From: a virus
Lineage: Duplodnaviria > Caudoviricetes
Virus record (IMG/VR): IMGVR_UViG_3300027835_000489
Location: 1-31,790 of that record
DNA: 31,790 nt
Reading direction: 5' to 3' (one strand)
Below the pieces are notes generated by a model. The model searched no databases. It worked only from the letters and a program-made list of their open reading frames with translations, and was not told the DNA's origin. Of this stretch, positions 25,190 through 31,790 are shown in pieces; position 1 is the first letter of the stretch, and the number at the start of each line of letters is the position of its first letter. A program made the position numbers and the translations under genes.

Positions 25190-25973
25190 CGAAGCTATAA
25201 AAGAAACTGCCCCGCGAACGGACGGAACCCAAAACGGAACCGCTGATCTGTATTTGCATGAAGTCTACCCAAACCCCGACCAACCCCGCAAACACTTCGA
25301 TCCCGTTTCACTCAGAGAGCTTGCCGAATCGATCAAGTCAAAAGGGTTGATGCAGCCGATAGTCGTAGTACGTCGAAGCGACGGTTATATGATCATATCG
25401 GGTGAGCGACGATACCGAGCACATCAGATCAACGCATCGATCACCATCCGCGCCATCGTCACCGACCGAGACGATCTATCCATCGACGAAATGGCGCTGA
25501 TCGAGAACATCCAGCGCGATGACTTGACCGATTATGAAATCGCTATGGCTATCGTGCGGTTATGGGAAAGCGGACAGTATGAGCAAAAGACACAACTCGC
25601 CCAAGCCATCGCCAAACCGCTCTCGTATGTCTCCAAAGCGTTCGCATGTGTAAACCTCGACGAGACGATCAAATCGGACATCGAGGAGAACAAAAGCGAT
25701 ATCGGGCTATCGGTGCTCCAAGAACTGAGCCGTGTCGATCCTGAGAAACAGTGCGAGGTCTATGATCGCTACAAAGCCGGAGAGATCAAGCGGGATGATT
25801 TTAAAGAGGCGGGGAAGTCAACGGAGCCGAAAGTTTCCCGAGGGAAAAAAGAGAGTACGTCATTTGAGCTTGAAGGTCATGTCGCTATATATCACTTAAT
25901 GAAGTATATGAATAAAGGGTCTGTGATGTACCCAAATAGAAAGTACAAAATCACTATTGAGGAGATCGAATGA
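25170..25973 (+). CDS. parB: ParB/Spo0J family CTPase DNA-binding protein
   Basis: 'PNPDQPRKHF', 'LAESIKSKGLMQPIVV', arginine patch 'IISGERRYRA', 'ALIENIQRDDL', HTH 'TQLAQAIAKPLSYVSK'. Confidence 0.93.
   Translation: MNLDALDEAIKETAPRTDGTQNGTADLYLHEVYPNPDQPRKHFDPVSLRELAESIKSKGLMQPIVVVRRSDGYMIISGERRYRAHQINASITIRAIVTDRDDLSIDEMALIENIQRDDLTDYEIAMAIVRLWESGQYEQKTQLAQAIAKPLSYVSKAFACVNLDETIKSDIEENKSDIGLSVLQELSRVDPEKQCEVYDRYKAGEIKRDDFKEAGKSTEPKVSRGKKESTSFELEGHVAIYHLMKYMNKGSVMYPNRKYKITIEEIE
25834..25847. repeat. Palindrome copy 5, TTTCCCGAGGGAAA, inside parB
   Basis: Encodes part of KVSRGK in the parB linker. Confidence 0.7.
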
Positions 25974-26052
25974 GACGGGTACTTGAATCATTTAACGGTC
26001 TCCCAATATGGTGGGCGATCAGAATACTGGAAGAACTACCGAAGGAGAAATT

Positions 26053-26331
26053 ATGTTAGAAGAAACGCTGTGCCTTAGCACGCCAAACGGGGTCGCTATA
26101 GATTTTGAAACCTACGAAGAAAATGACACTTATGATAAAGCCTTCAAGGGTGCTATTCATGCGATTCTGATTCCTTTTATTTTGGCTTGGATATCACCAA
26201 TAGTAGCGAGTGGTTATCTTCTAACTGCCGCTTTTTTATATGGTACCGTTTTTCGTCATAAGTCGCAAGGTTTTTGGGGAATAGTTGCCCTGGTATTTGG
26301 ATTATATGCTTTATTAGTTATGGCGGTGTGA
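26053..26331 (+). CDS. Hypothetical membrane protein
   Basis: ATG 26053 after AAGGAG; three hydrophobic segments. Confidence 0.6.
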   Translation: MLEETLCLSTPNGVAIDFETYEENDTYDKAFKGAIHAILIPFILAWISPIVASGYLLTAAFLYGTVFRHKSQGFWGIVALVFGLYALLVMAV

Positions 26332-26332
26332 T

Positions 26333-26461
26333 ATGGAAGATCAGATCATAGGGATTATTTGTACTTTGGTTTTATTTGTTGTCATCGGAGTTGCTTCCTA
26401 TAAAAAACGAAAGTTTGGTGAAAACCCACCAGATGCAAAATATAGCAAGGGAAGAAGATGA
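26333..26461 (+). CDS. Small single-TM protein (42 aa), below the ORF track cutoff
   Basis: MEDQIIGIICTLVLFVVIGVASYKKRKFG...; fills the gap and has an ATGA overlap with the next ORF. Confidence 0.5.
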   Translation: MEDQIIGIICTLVLFVVIGVASYKKRKFGENPPDAKYSKGRR

Positions 26462-26667
26462 TTAATACACCAATGCCAAAACTATGTTGGACATGTATTA
26501 GTGCTATCGACCCTCATATGGATACTCCAATCAATGAAGTACCGGAAGAATATAACTTCATTTGCGAATATACCCGTAATGAAGTCAAATTCAATGCTAC
26601 GTGTGATAGCCACTACAGACCATGCCCACAGGTTCAAAAAGATTTTAATGACGGATGCCATCTATGA
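26458..26667 (+). CDS. Small Cys-rich hypothetical protein
   Basis: 69 aa, CWTC...C...C; coupled to its neighbours. Confidence 0.55.
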   Translation: MINTPMPKLCWTCISAIDPHMDTPINEVPEEYNFICEYTRNEVKFNATCDSHYRPCPQVQKDFNDGCHL

Positions 26668-26873
26668 AAAAGCAACTACAACGCCCAGAGCCGAAGATCG
26701 TAGCGCGATACGGTAAAGACTATGCCATCACCCAAGGCGTGATAAATGGGATGTATTACGGCTTTTATAGAGATGAGTTTCTCGGACATAATGAAGCCCT
26801 TAGCTATGTTATCAGCTTAGTATCCATCCGAGAGGGTGCAGAGTTCGACATCAACAAAGTGGAGATACTGTGA
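26655..26873 (+). CDS. Hypothetical protein
   Basis: About 70-aa ORF in a tightly packed operon; start probably 26664. Confidence 0.5.
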   Translation: MPSMKKQLQRPEPKIVARYGKDYAITQGVINGMYYGFYRDEFLGHNEALSYVISLVSIREGAEFDINKVEIL

Positions 26874-26979
26874 TGAGCACCTATATGCGTGTATTCGGAG
26901 CTATGAAGCTCAAATCGGAGAATGTGGCATCGCTTGAAAAAGCGAAGCGGGAGATTGAAAATATGATGAGGAGGATACG

Positions 26980-27321
26980 ATGCCAAATTTCCTAGAACTC
27001 GTAGCAAAAGAGCGAGCCCGTCAGATCAACGACGAAGGTTATAAACGTGAGCACGATGATGAACATACGGACGGATCACTTGCAGATGCAGCAGCGTGTT
27101 ATGCAGCGACTAAAAATATCTTTCATATTATCACAGACAAGCAAATGTTTCCAGTTCGATCTTTATGGCCGTGGAATTGGAACTTTTTCAAAAAAGAAAA
27201 ACATCCCAGAAAAAAACAACTCATCATTTCAGCAGCTCTTTTGATGGCTGAATATGATCGACTAGATCGTGAAGAACAAAAACAACCCCAAGGAGATACA
27301 AATGAAATTCCTCAGCATTGA
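26980..27321 (+). CDS. Conserved phage accessory protein (Ea22/EaA-type C-terminal domain)
   Basis: 'ERARQI..EGY..EHDDEH..GSLA.AAACYA...WPW...RKKQLI.SAALL.AE.DRLDR' is a widespread phage motif; AGGAGG SD. Confidence 0.65.
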   Translation: MPNFLELVAKERARQINDEGYKREHDDEHTDGSLADAAACYAATKNIFHIITDKQMFPVRSLWPWNWNFFKKEKHPRKKQLIISAALLMAEYDRLDREEQKQPQGDTNEIPQH

Positions 27322-27901
27322 CATTGAAACAACAGGGCTTGACCCACAAAAAAACCAAATCTTAGAGTTCGGAGCTATAGCGATCGATACTTCATATCCA
27401 ACCGTTCCGTATATCGCTAATTTTAGAGCGGTATTCATCCACCAAGAGCTAACTGGCAATCCTATCGCATTGACAATGAACGCAGAACTTATCAATGAGA
27501 TCAATACAGTTTTAAAGACTAAAGATTTTAATTATGATCTTCGCCAAAACACACTAAACGGAATCTATGTCCGTAATGCAGAAGAGTTTCAATCGTATTT
27601 TGATGAATGGTTAGAGTCGATTAACTTCACCGAGCGACTAACCCTTGCAGGTAAAAATCTCGCATCATTCGATCTAAAATTCATCGAAGCGGCAGGCATC
27701 AAAATCAAATACCGTCACCGTATGATCGACCCTGCTATTCTATACGTTGATTGGACAACTGATGAAACACTCCCTGATCTTCAACAATGTTTAGATCGTG
27801 CCGGTATCGTTAAATCGGTAGAGCATACTTCTATAGCTGATGCTATGGATGTTGCTGAGTTGGTTTTGAAAAAAATTAACATACCCGAGGAAGCGGCGTA
27901 A
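27302..27901 (+). CDS. DEDDh 3'-5' exonuclease (DnaQ/oligoribonuclease-like)
   Basis: ExoI 'IDIETTGLD', ExoII 'GKNLASFD', ExoIII 'HTSIADA'; ATG 27302 after AAGGAG. Confidence 0.88.
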   Translation: MKFLSIDIETTGLDPQKNQILEFGAIAIDTSYPTVPYIANFRAVFIHQELTGNPIALTMNAELINEINTVLKTKDFNYDLRQNTLNGIYVRNAEEFQSYFDEWLESINFTERLTLAGKNLASFDLKFIEAAGIKIKYRHRMIDPAILYVDWTTDETLPDLQQCLDRAGIVKSVEHTSIADAMDVAELVLKKINIPEEAA

Positions 27902-27999
27902 GCCCTCCTCAATAACTCACCTCCCTGCCACAGACTAAATACGTCCAACCAACTAACACGCACGTATTCATTTTGTGACAAATCAGAAAGGAGCATCTA

Positions 28000-28497
28000 T
28001 TGACAAAAACCCAAGCAATAGTAGAGACAGGGTTAATGCCTCCCATATTTCGCGATGTTTGTGAGAAATTAGAGATCAATCCTGACGCAGATTATTTTTT
28101 CGGACTTGACATAAAACGTATTCAAGAGTACGTTAAAAATTCTTCCAAAATAAAAGACGTATCAGTAAACTCGACAAAAGATGGATATTCCGTAGGTGAA
28201 GCGGCTGATCTATTGGGAGTATCTACTCAATCGTTTAATGCCAATTATTCCCATAAGGCAGAACGTATCCGCAGAGGCATGTACACTAGAGAATCTATTG
28301 ATAATTTGGTTCAAAAGAAATTTAAAAAATCACCCACAGTAGAAGAAACCGTATTTGAAGATACTGCAAATTTCAAAAAACGCATCCAAAGAGTCTCGGT
28401 ACATTCAGATCGTGAAGGGGGCGTTATGCTGTCCATACACCTAGAAGGCTTTACCGAGAAGGAACTTATCCATAAATTATTTGAAGTATTCAATTAA
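28000..28497 (+). CDS. Hypothetical DNA-binding protein (HTH_17-like central motif)
   Basis: TTG start after AAGGAG; 'YSVGEAADLLGVSTQS'. Confidence 0.6.
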   Translation: MTKTQAIVETGLMPPIFRDVCEKLEINPDADYFFGLDIKRIQEYVKNSSKIKDVSVNSTKDGYSVGEAADLLGVSTQSFNANYSHKAERIRRGMYTRESIDNLVQKKFKKSPTVEETVFEDTANFKKRIQRVSVHSDREGGVMLSIHLEGFTEKELIHKLFEVFN

Positions 28498-28774
28498 ATC
28501 AGAAAGGATCACCATGCATGAAGCAGCAAAAGTGGCATTAGAAAAAGCCGGATTCACTATCGAAAAATTGCAGAATCATATAAAAGAGCTCGAAGTGGAA
28601 AATGCTGAACTCAAAGAGCCTAAAACGTGTAGGACATGTGCATATTCAGGTGCTTATACAATGGGATGGATGCCGTGTATGAATGAAAGTGTAGGCGATT
28701 TGTTTAAATATGGAATAAATGACAATTTTGGATGTGTGTTTTATAAGTATATGCACGAACCAAAGGCTCCCTAA
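28481..28774 (+). CDS. Coiled-coil + Cys-rich hypothetical protein
   Basis: Probable ATG at 28514 after AAAGGA; TCRTC...C...GC similar to the 24336 ORF. Confidence 0.55.
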   Translation: MKYSIKSERITMHEAAKVALEKAGFTIEKLQNHIKELEVENAELKEPKTCRTCAYSGAYTMGWMPCMNESVGDLFKYGINDNFGCVFYKYMHEPKAP

Positions 28775-29103
28775 TGTGGCAAACCTACCCCGAATACTGT
28801 GCAGACATGAAACGCCTCGAAACCGAACCACTCCCCGAAGAGATATGGCAAAGAGAATACGCACCAAAAGACGAACCCTATCGTGAACCGCTCATCATCA
28901 CCCCTAAAAATAGAAACCGACCGATGAGTGCTACTTTGGAAAACCATATTGCCGAAGCCGGTAAAAAGGTTTCACAGCCAAAAAAGAAGTATGCGCCTCG
29001 CATATCCCGCAAAGGGTGGACAACGGAACAGATCAAAGCGAGACGATCCGAGAACGTCCAAAACTGCAAGGCGCGGAAGAAATTAAACGCAGTGACTTTA
29101 TGA
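28774..29103 (+). CDS. Basic hypothetical protein
   Basis: 109-aa ORF with TAATG overlap. Confidence 0.55.
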   Translation: MWQTYPEYCADMKRLETEPLPEEIWQREYAPKDEPYREPLIITPKNRNRPMSATLENHIAEAGKKVSQPKKKYAPRISRKGWTTEQIKARRSENVQNCKARKKLNAVTL

Positions 29104-29170
29104 AGCCTGAGCATTACTTCGATGCTTTGGAAGCCAAACAGATTTTAGAACAACTAAGGAGAGTGGGATA

Positions 29171-29392
29171 ATGCAAAAGAAATCACATAGCCTAATCGAA
29201 TCACTTATCAACGTATTGGTAGGCTACGGCATCGCCCTCGCCGCTCAGTTGATTATCTTCCCTCGTTTTGGTATTCATATCTCTATGAGCGATAACCTAA
29301 TGATAGGTGCGCTCTTCACAGTCATATCAATCGTTAGAAGCTACGCGCTACGGAGATTGTTTAATTGGTTTACGGTAAAGGCTCACAGATGA
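29171..29392 (+). CDS. Small conserved phage membrane protein (two TM)
   Basis: 'QKKSHSLIESLINVLVGY...FP.FG...FTVISIVRSYALRRLFN', a family often found beside phage methylases; AAGGAG SD. Confidence 0.7.
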   Translation: MQKKSHSLIESLINVLVGYGIALAAQLIIFPRFGIHISMSDNLMIGALFTVISIVRSYALRRLFNWFTVKAHR

Positions 29393-30222
29393 AACGCCCA
29401 CTCCTTAGATACTTCGGAGGAAAGTTCCGAATAGCCGATTGGGTAGTCTCACACTTCCCTCCACATCGTCAATATGTCGAACCGTTTGGCGGAGCCGCGT
29501 CGGTGCTCCTCCATAAAAGCCGATCATACAATGAAATCTACAATGACAAAAATGGCGATATCGTCAATTTGTTTCAGGTACTCAGAGATCCACAGCTTTC
29601 AAAACAGCTCATCGAAATGGTGCGGTTAACTCCGTACTCGCGCGATGAGTTTGATCTATCGTATGAAGATCACGATGATTCGGTAGAAAAAGCGCGGCGC
29701 ATCATCGTTCGATCGCATTTCGCGTTCTCGAGCAGTGGTGTATCACGGAAATACAAAACGGGTTTCCGCAATGAAAATATGAGATGCAACGCGGATGAAT
29801 GGATGGATTTCCCCGAACCTTTACGCGATATCATCGATCGGATGGTTGGAGTAGTTATCGAAAACACTTCTGCGATCGAACTGATAAAAAAGATGGACCA
29901 CGAAGGAACTCTTTTCTATCTTGACCCGCCTTATGTTCCATCGACACGAAGCAAAGAGCAATATAAATTCGATATGACACACGAAGATCACGAAGAGTTG
30001 CTGGATCTCATCATCGGGTTAAAAGGCAAAGTCGTAATCAGCGGATATGACAATGAGCTTTATGATTCGGTACTCATTCCAAACGGTTACGTAAAGCGAT
30101 CGAGAAATGCTCGAGCACAAAGCGGAACGGGTGGGACAACTATTACCGAAGAGGTTTTGTGGATATCGCCATCAGCCCTCGAGCTAAATCACGGATTATT
30201 TTGTATGGGAGAAACAGCATGA
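29389..30222 (+). CDS. DNA adenine methyltransferase (Dam/D12 class)
   Basis: 'LRYFGGK', 'YVEPFGGAASV', 'EIYND', 'FYLDPPY', 'ISGY', 'EVLW'; ATG at 29389. Confidence 0.93.
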   Translation: MKRPLLRYFGGKFRIADWVVSHFPPHRQYVEPFGGAASVLLHKSRSYNEIYNDKNGDIVNLFQVLRDPQLSKQLIEMVRLTPYSRDEFDLSYEDHDDSVEKARRIIVRSHFAFSSSGVSRKYKTGFRNENMRCNADEWMDFPEPLRDIIDRMVGVVIENTSAIELIKKMDHEGTLFYLDPPYVPSTRSKEQYKFDMTHEDHEELLDLIIGLKGKVVISGYDNELYDSVLIPNGYVKRSRNARAQSGTGGTTITEEVLWISPSALELNHGLFCMGETA

Positions 30223-30464
30223 AAGATCAAATCATTACAAATATTACAGAATGCCCAAGATGTGAATGGGAACTTGATGATGACGATGGAAGTTTTTTTG
30301 ATGATTTATCAGGGACTAAAGATTGCCCAAATTGCGGCATGGAAATAACATACTGTAAACAATTAAAAAGAGATGTTGGAAATCCATATTGTGACTACGT
30401 ATGGCACGAAACATTTTTTGAGTTTGAGAAGATCAGTGAAGATGAGGCACAAAATGCCACATGA
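30219..30464 (+). CDS. Small acidic Zn-ribbon protein
   Basis: CPRC...CPNC; ATG 30219 overlaps the methylase stop. Confidence 0.6.
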   Translation: MKDQIITNITECPRCEWELDDDDGSFFDDLSGTKDCPNCGMEITYCKQLKRDVGNPYCDYVWHETFFEFEKISEDEAQNAT

Positions 30465-30675
30465 ATACCTCAAATTATCAAGCCTTGCTAAACGCTATGA
30501 CCTGCATAAAGAAACTATGAAGCGCAAACTAAAAGAGCTTGATATCAAACTCGGTGAGCACTATATCGTCATGGACAAAACAGTGCTGTTTCATGCAGAA
30601 AAATGTCACAAATTACTTATTTCACAATCAGAGGCAAAACAAGCAGATGATATCCTCAGCCGACTCTTAGTGTAG
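30454..30675 (+). CDS. Putative excisionase / recombination directionality factor
   Basis: 73 aa, wHTH-like 'YLKLSSLAKRYDLHKETMKR...GEHY'; directly upstream of the integrase. Confidence 0.65.
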   Translation: MPHEYLKLSSLAKRYDLHKETMKRKLKELDIKLGEHYIVMDKTVLFHAEKCHKLLISQSEAKQADDILSRLLV

Positions 30676-30725
30676 TCGGTTGTAAAATGTCATCGCGGTG
30701 TTTTTGTCCGAAAGGAAAATACACA

Positions 30726-31790
30726 ATGGCAAAGATCTATTCACGCGGTGGGAAACTGTACATCGACTACATGGTTGACGGCACACGCCACCGCAAAAGT
30801 ACGAAACTTGACGATACAAAAGAAAATAGGCTCTCTATCGAGAAAAACGTCATCCCCCAACTTATGAGGATGATCGCGACGGGAGAGATACATAAACCGA
30901 AGCCGAAATCGTTCGATCACTATTTTTATATCTATGAAAAAAGCATCGATAGAACTCGAACATATCATCATAAGAGTTGGCATAGAAAACGGGTATTGGA
31001 TCACTTTAAAGGGCGCAACATCGACACGATTACCCGCCTTGATATTAAATCGTTCCTACTCGGTATAAATGCCAAATCGAGATCAAAGGGAACCTATAGC
31101 GGAACGCTGATCGGTACATTCGAGCAGGCGGTCGATGATGCAGTGATATCGGTTAACCCGGCACTCGATATCAAACTACCGAAAGAGGATAAGTCCGATA
31201 TTGAATGGTTTGCAAAAGATGAAGTAAGATTGTTGCTAGAGACAGCGACTGGAGTTCTAAAACCGTACCTAATGATCGCATTTCACACCGGAATGAGACC
31301 AGAGGAGATTTTGGCGTTGCAGTGGGGTGATTTCAAAGACACCCACATACATATCAAACGAACGAAGTCATTTAACGGAGGGTTGCAGCACACGACGAAA
31401 ACCGACAAATCGAAACGTGCCGTACCTTATCCGCAGTTCATAATGCAGTATGTCAACGGGTTAAAAGCAAATTCGCTTTTTCTATTCCCGGACATAAGAG
31501 ATTCAAGAGGATTATATCGAAAGTGGTATAAACTTCTGACAGAATGTAAGTTGCCTAAAAAGAAACTGTACGCCACACGGCATACGTTTGCGACTACAAT
31601 GTTGCTTGAAAACCATATGAGCCTAAATGAAATAGCCGGAATTTTGGGGCACACCACCCCAAAAACGACGCTATCTCACTACGCTTCGATCATTAATGCT
31701 GAGTCAATCACATTGAGTAAAAATTTTGACCCATTTGGCTCAATTTTGGCACAGTCTAAAAATGATATCTCCTTAGATGTCGCAATATAG
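30726..31790 (+). CDS. int: Tyrosine recombinase / phage integrase
   Basis: Arm-binding N-terminus, 'HTGMRPEEILALQW', 'TKT', 'YATRHTFAT', 'ILGHT', catalytic 'HY'; ATG 30726 after AAAGGA. Confidence 0.95.
   Translation: MAKIYSRGGKLYIDYMVDGTRHRKSTKLDDTKENRLSIEKNVIPQLMRMIATGEIHKPKPKSFDHYFYIYEKSIDRTRTYHHKSWHRKRVLDHFKGRNIDTITRLDIKSFLLGINAKSRSKGTYSGTLIGTFEQAVDDAVISVNPALDIKLPKEDKSDIEWFAKDEVRLLLETATGVLKPYLMIAFHTGMRPEEILALQWGDFKDTHIHIKRTKSFNGGLQHTTKTDKSKRAVPYPQFIMQYVNGLKANSLFLFPDIRDSRGLYRKWYKLLTECKLPKKKLYATRHTFATTMLLENHMSLNEIAGILGHTTPKTTLSHYASIINAESITLSKNFDPFGSILAQSKNDISLDVAI

Noticed and set aside
27887-27910. GNRA-capped hairpin at the exonuclease stop as a terminator
   Set aside because: The stem is bulged and has no U-tract, so no function can be assigned.
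29389-30222. Restriction-modification system
   Set aside because: No cognate endonuclease nearby; orphan phage methylases are common.

Overview
The window is about 32 kb of a temperate phage (prophage). The tape-measure gene is cut off at the left edge and the tyrosine integrase stop codon is the right edge. From 1 to 19.5 kb on the minus strand, read right to left: CII-like regulator, divergent DnaB helicase, replication initiator with internal iterons, gpZ-like gene, a lambda-like cos site, lambda-type terminase/gpW/portal, a protease-capsid fusion, head completion genes, and a P2-type contractile tail (V, W, J, I, fibre, sheath, tube, E/E' with a TTTTTTG -1 frameshift, tape measure). From 19.5 to 22.4 kb is an immunity region bounded by two outward-facing TTGACA-N18-TATAAT promoters that share one operator palindrome. 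It holds an S24 CI repressor plus AT-rich cargo: an Excalibur pseudogene, a Zn-ribbon/Ltp superinfection-exclusion-like protein, and an operon of a 65-aa protein and an ImmA/IrrE-like peptidase. From 22.4 to 31.8 kb on the plus strand is an early operon: Cro-like gene, structured leader, DUF2303 pair, ParA, ParB, many small ORFs, DEDDh exonuclease, Dam-type methylase, excisionase and integrase. The most notable signals are five dispersed copies of TTTCCCG(C/A)GGGAAA (one inside parB), suggesting a ParABS system with a non-canonical parS in an integrating cos phage; a second operator palindrome linking the peptidase cargo operon to the genetic switch; and a well-conserved lambda-like cosQ/cosN. 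All family calls come from motif recognition and synteny, not database searches. The host is not established (a Campylobacterota-like host is only an impression).
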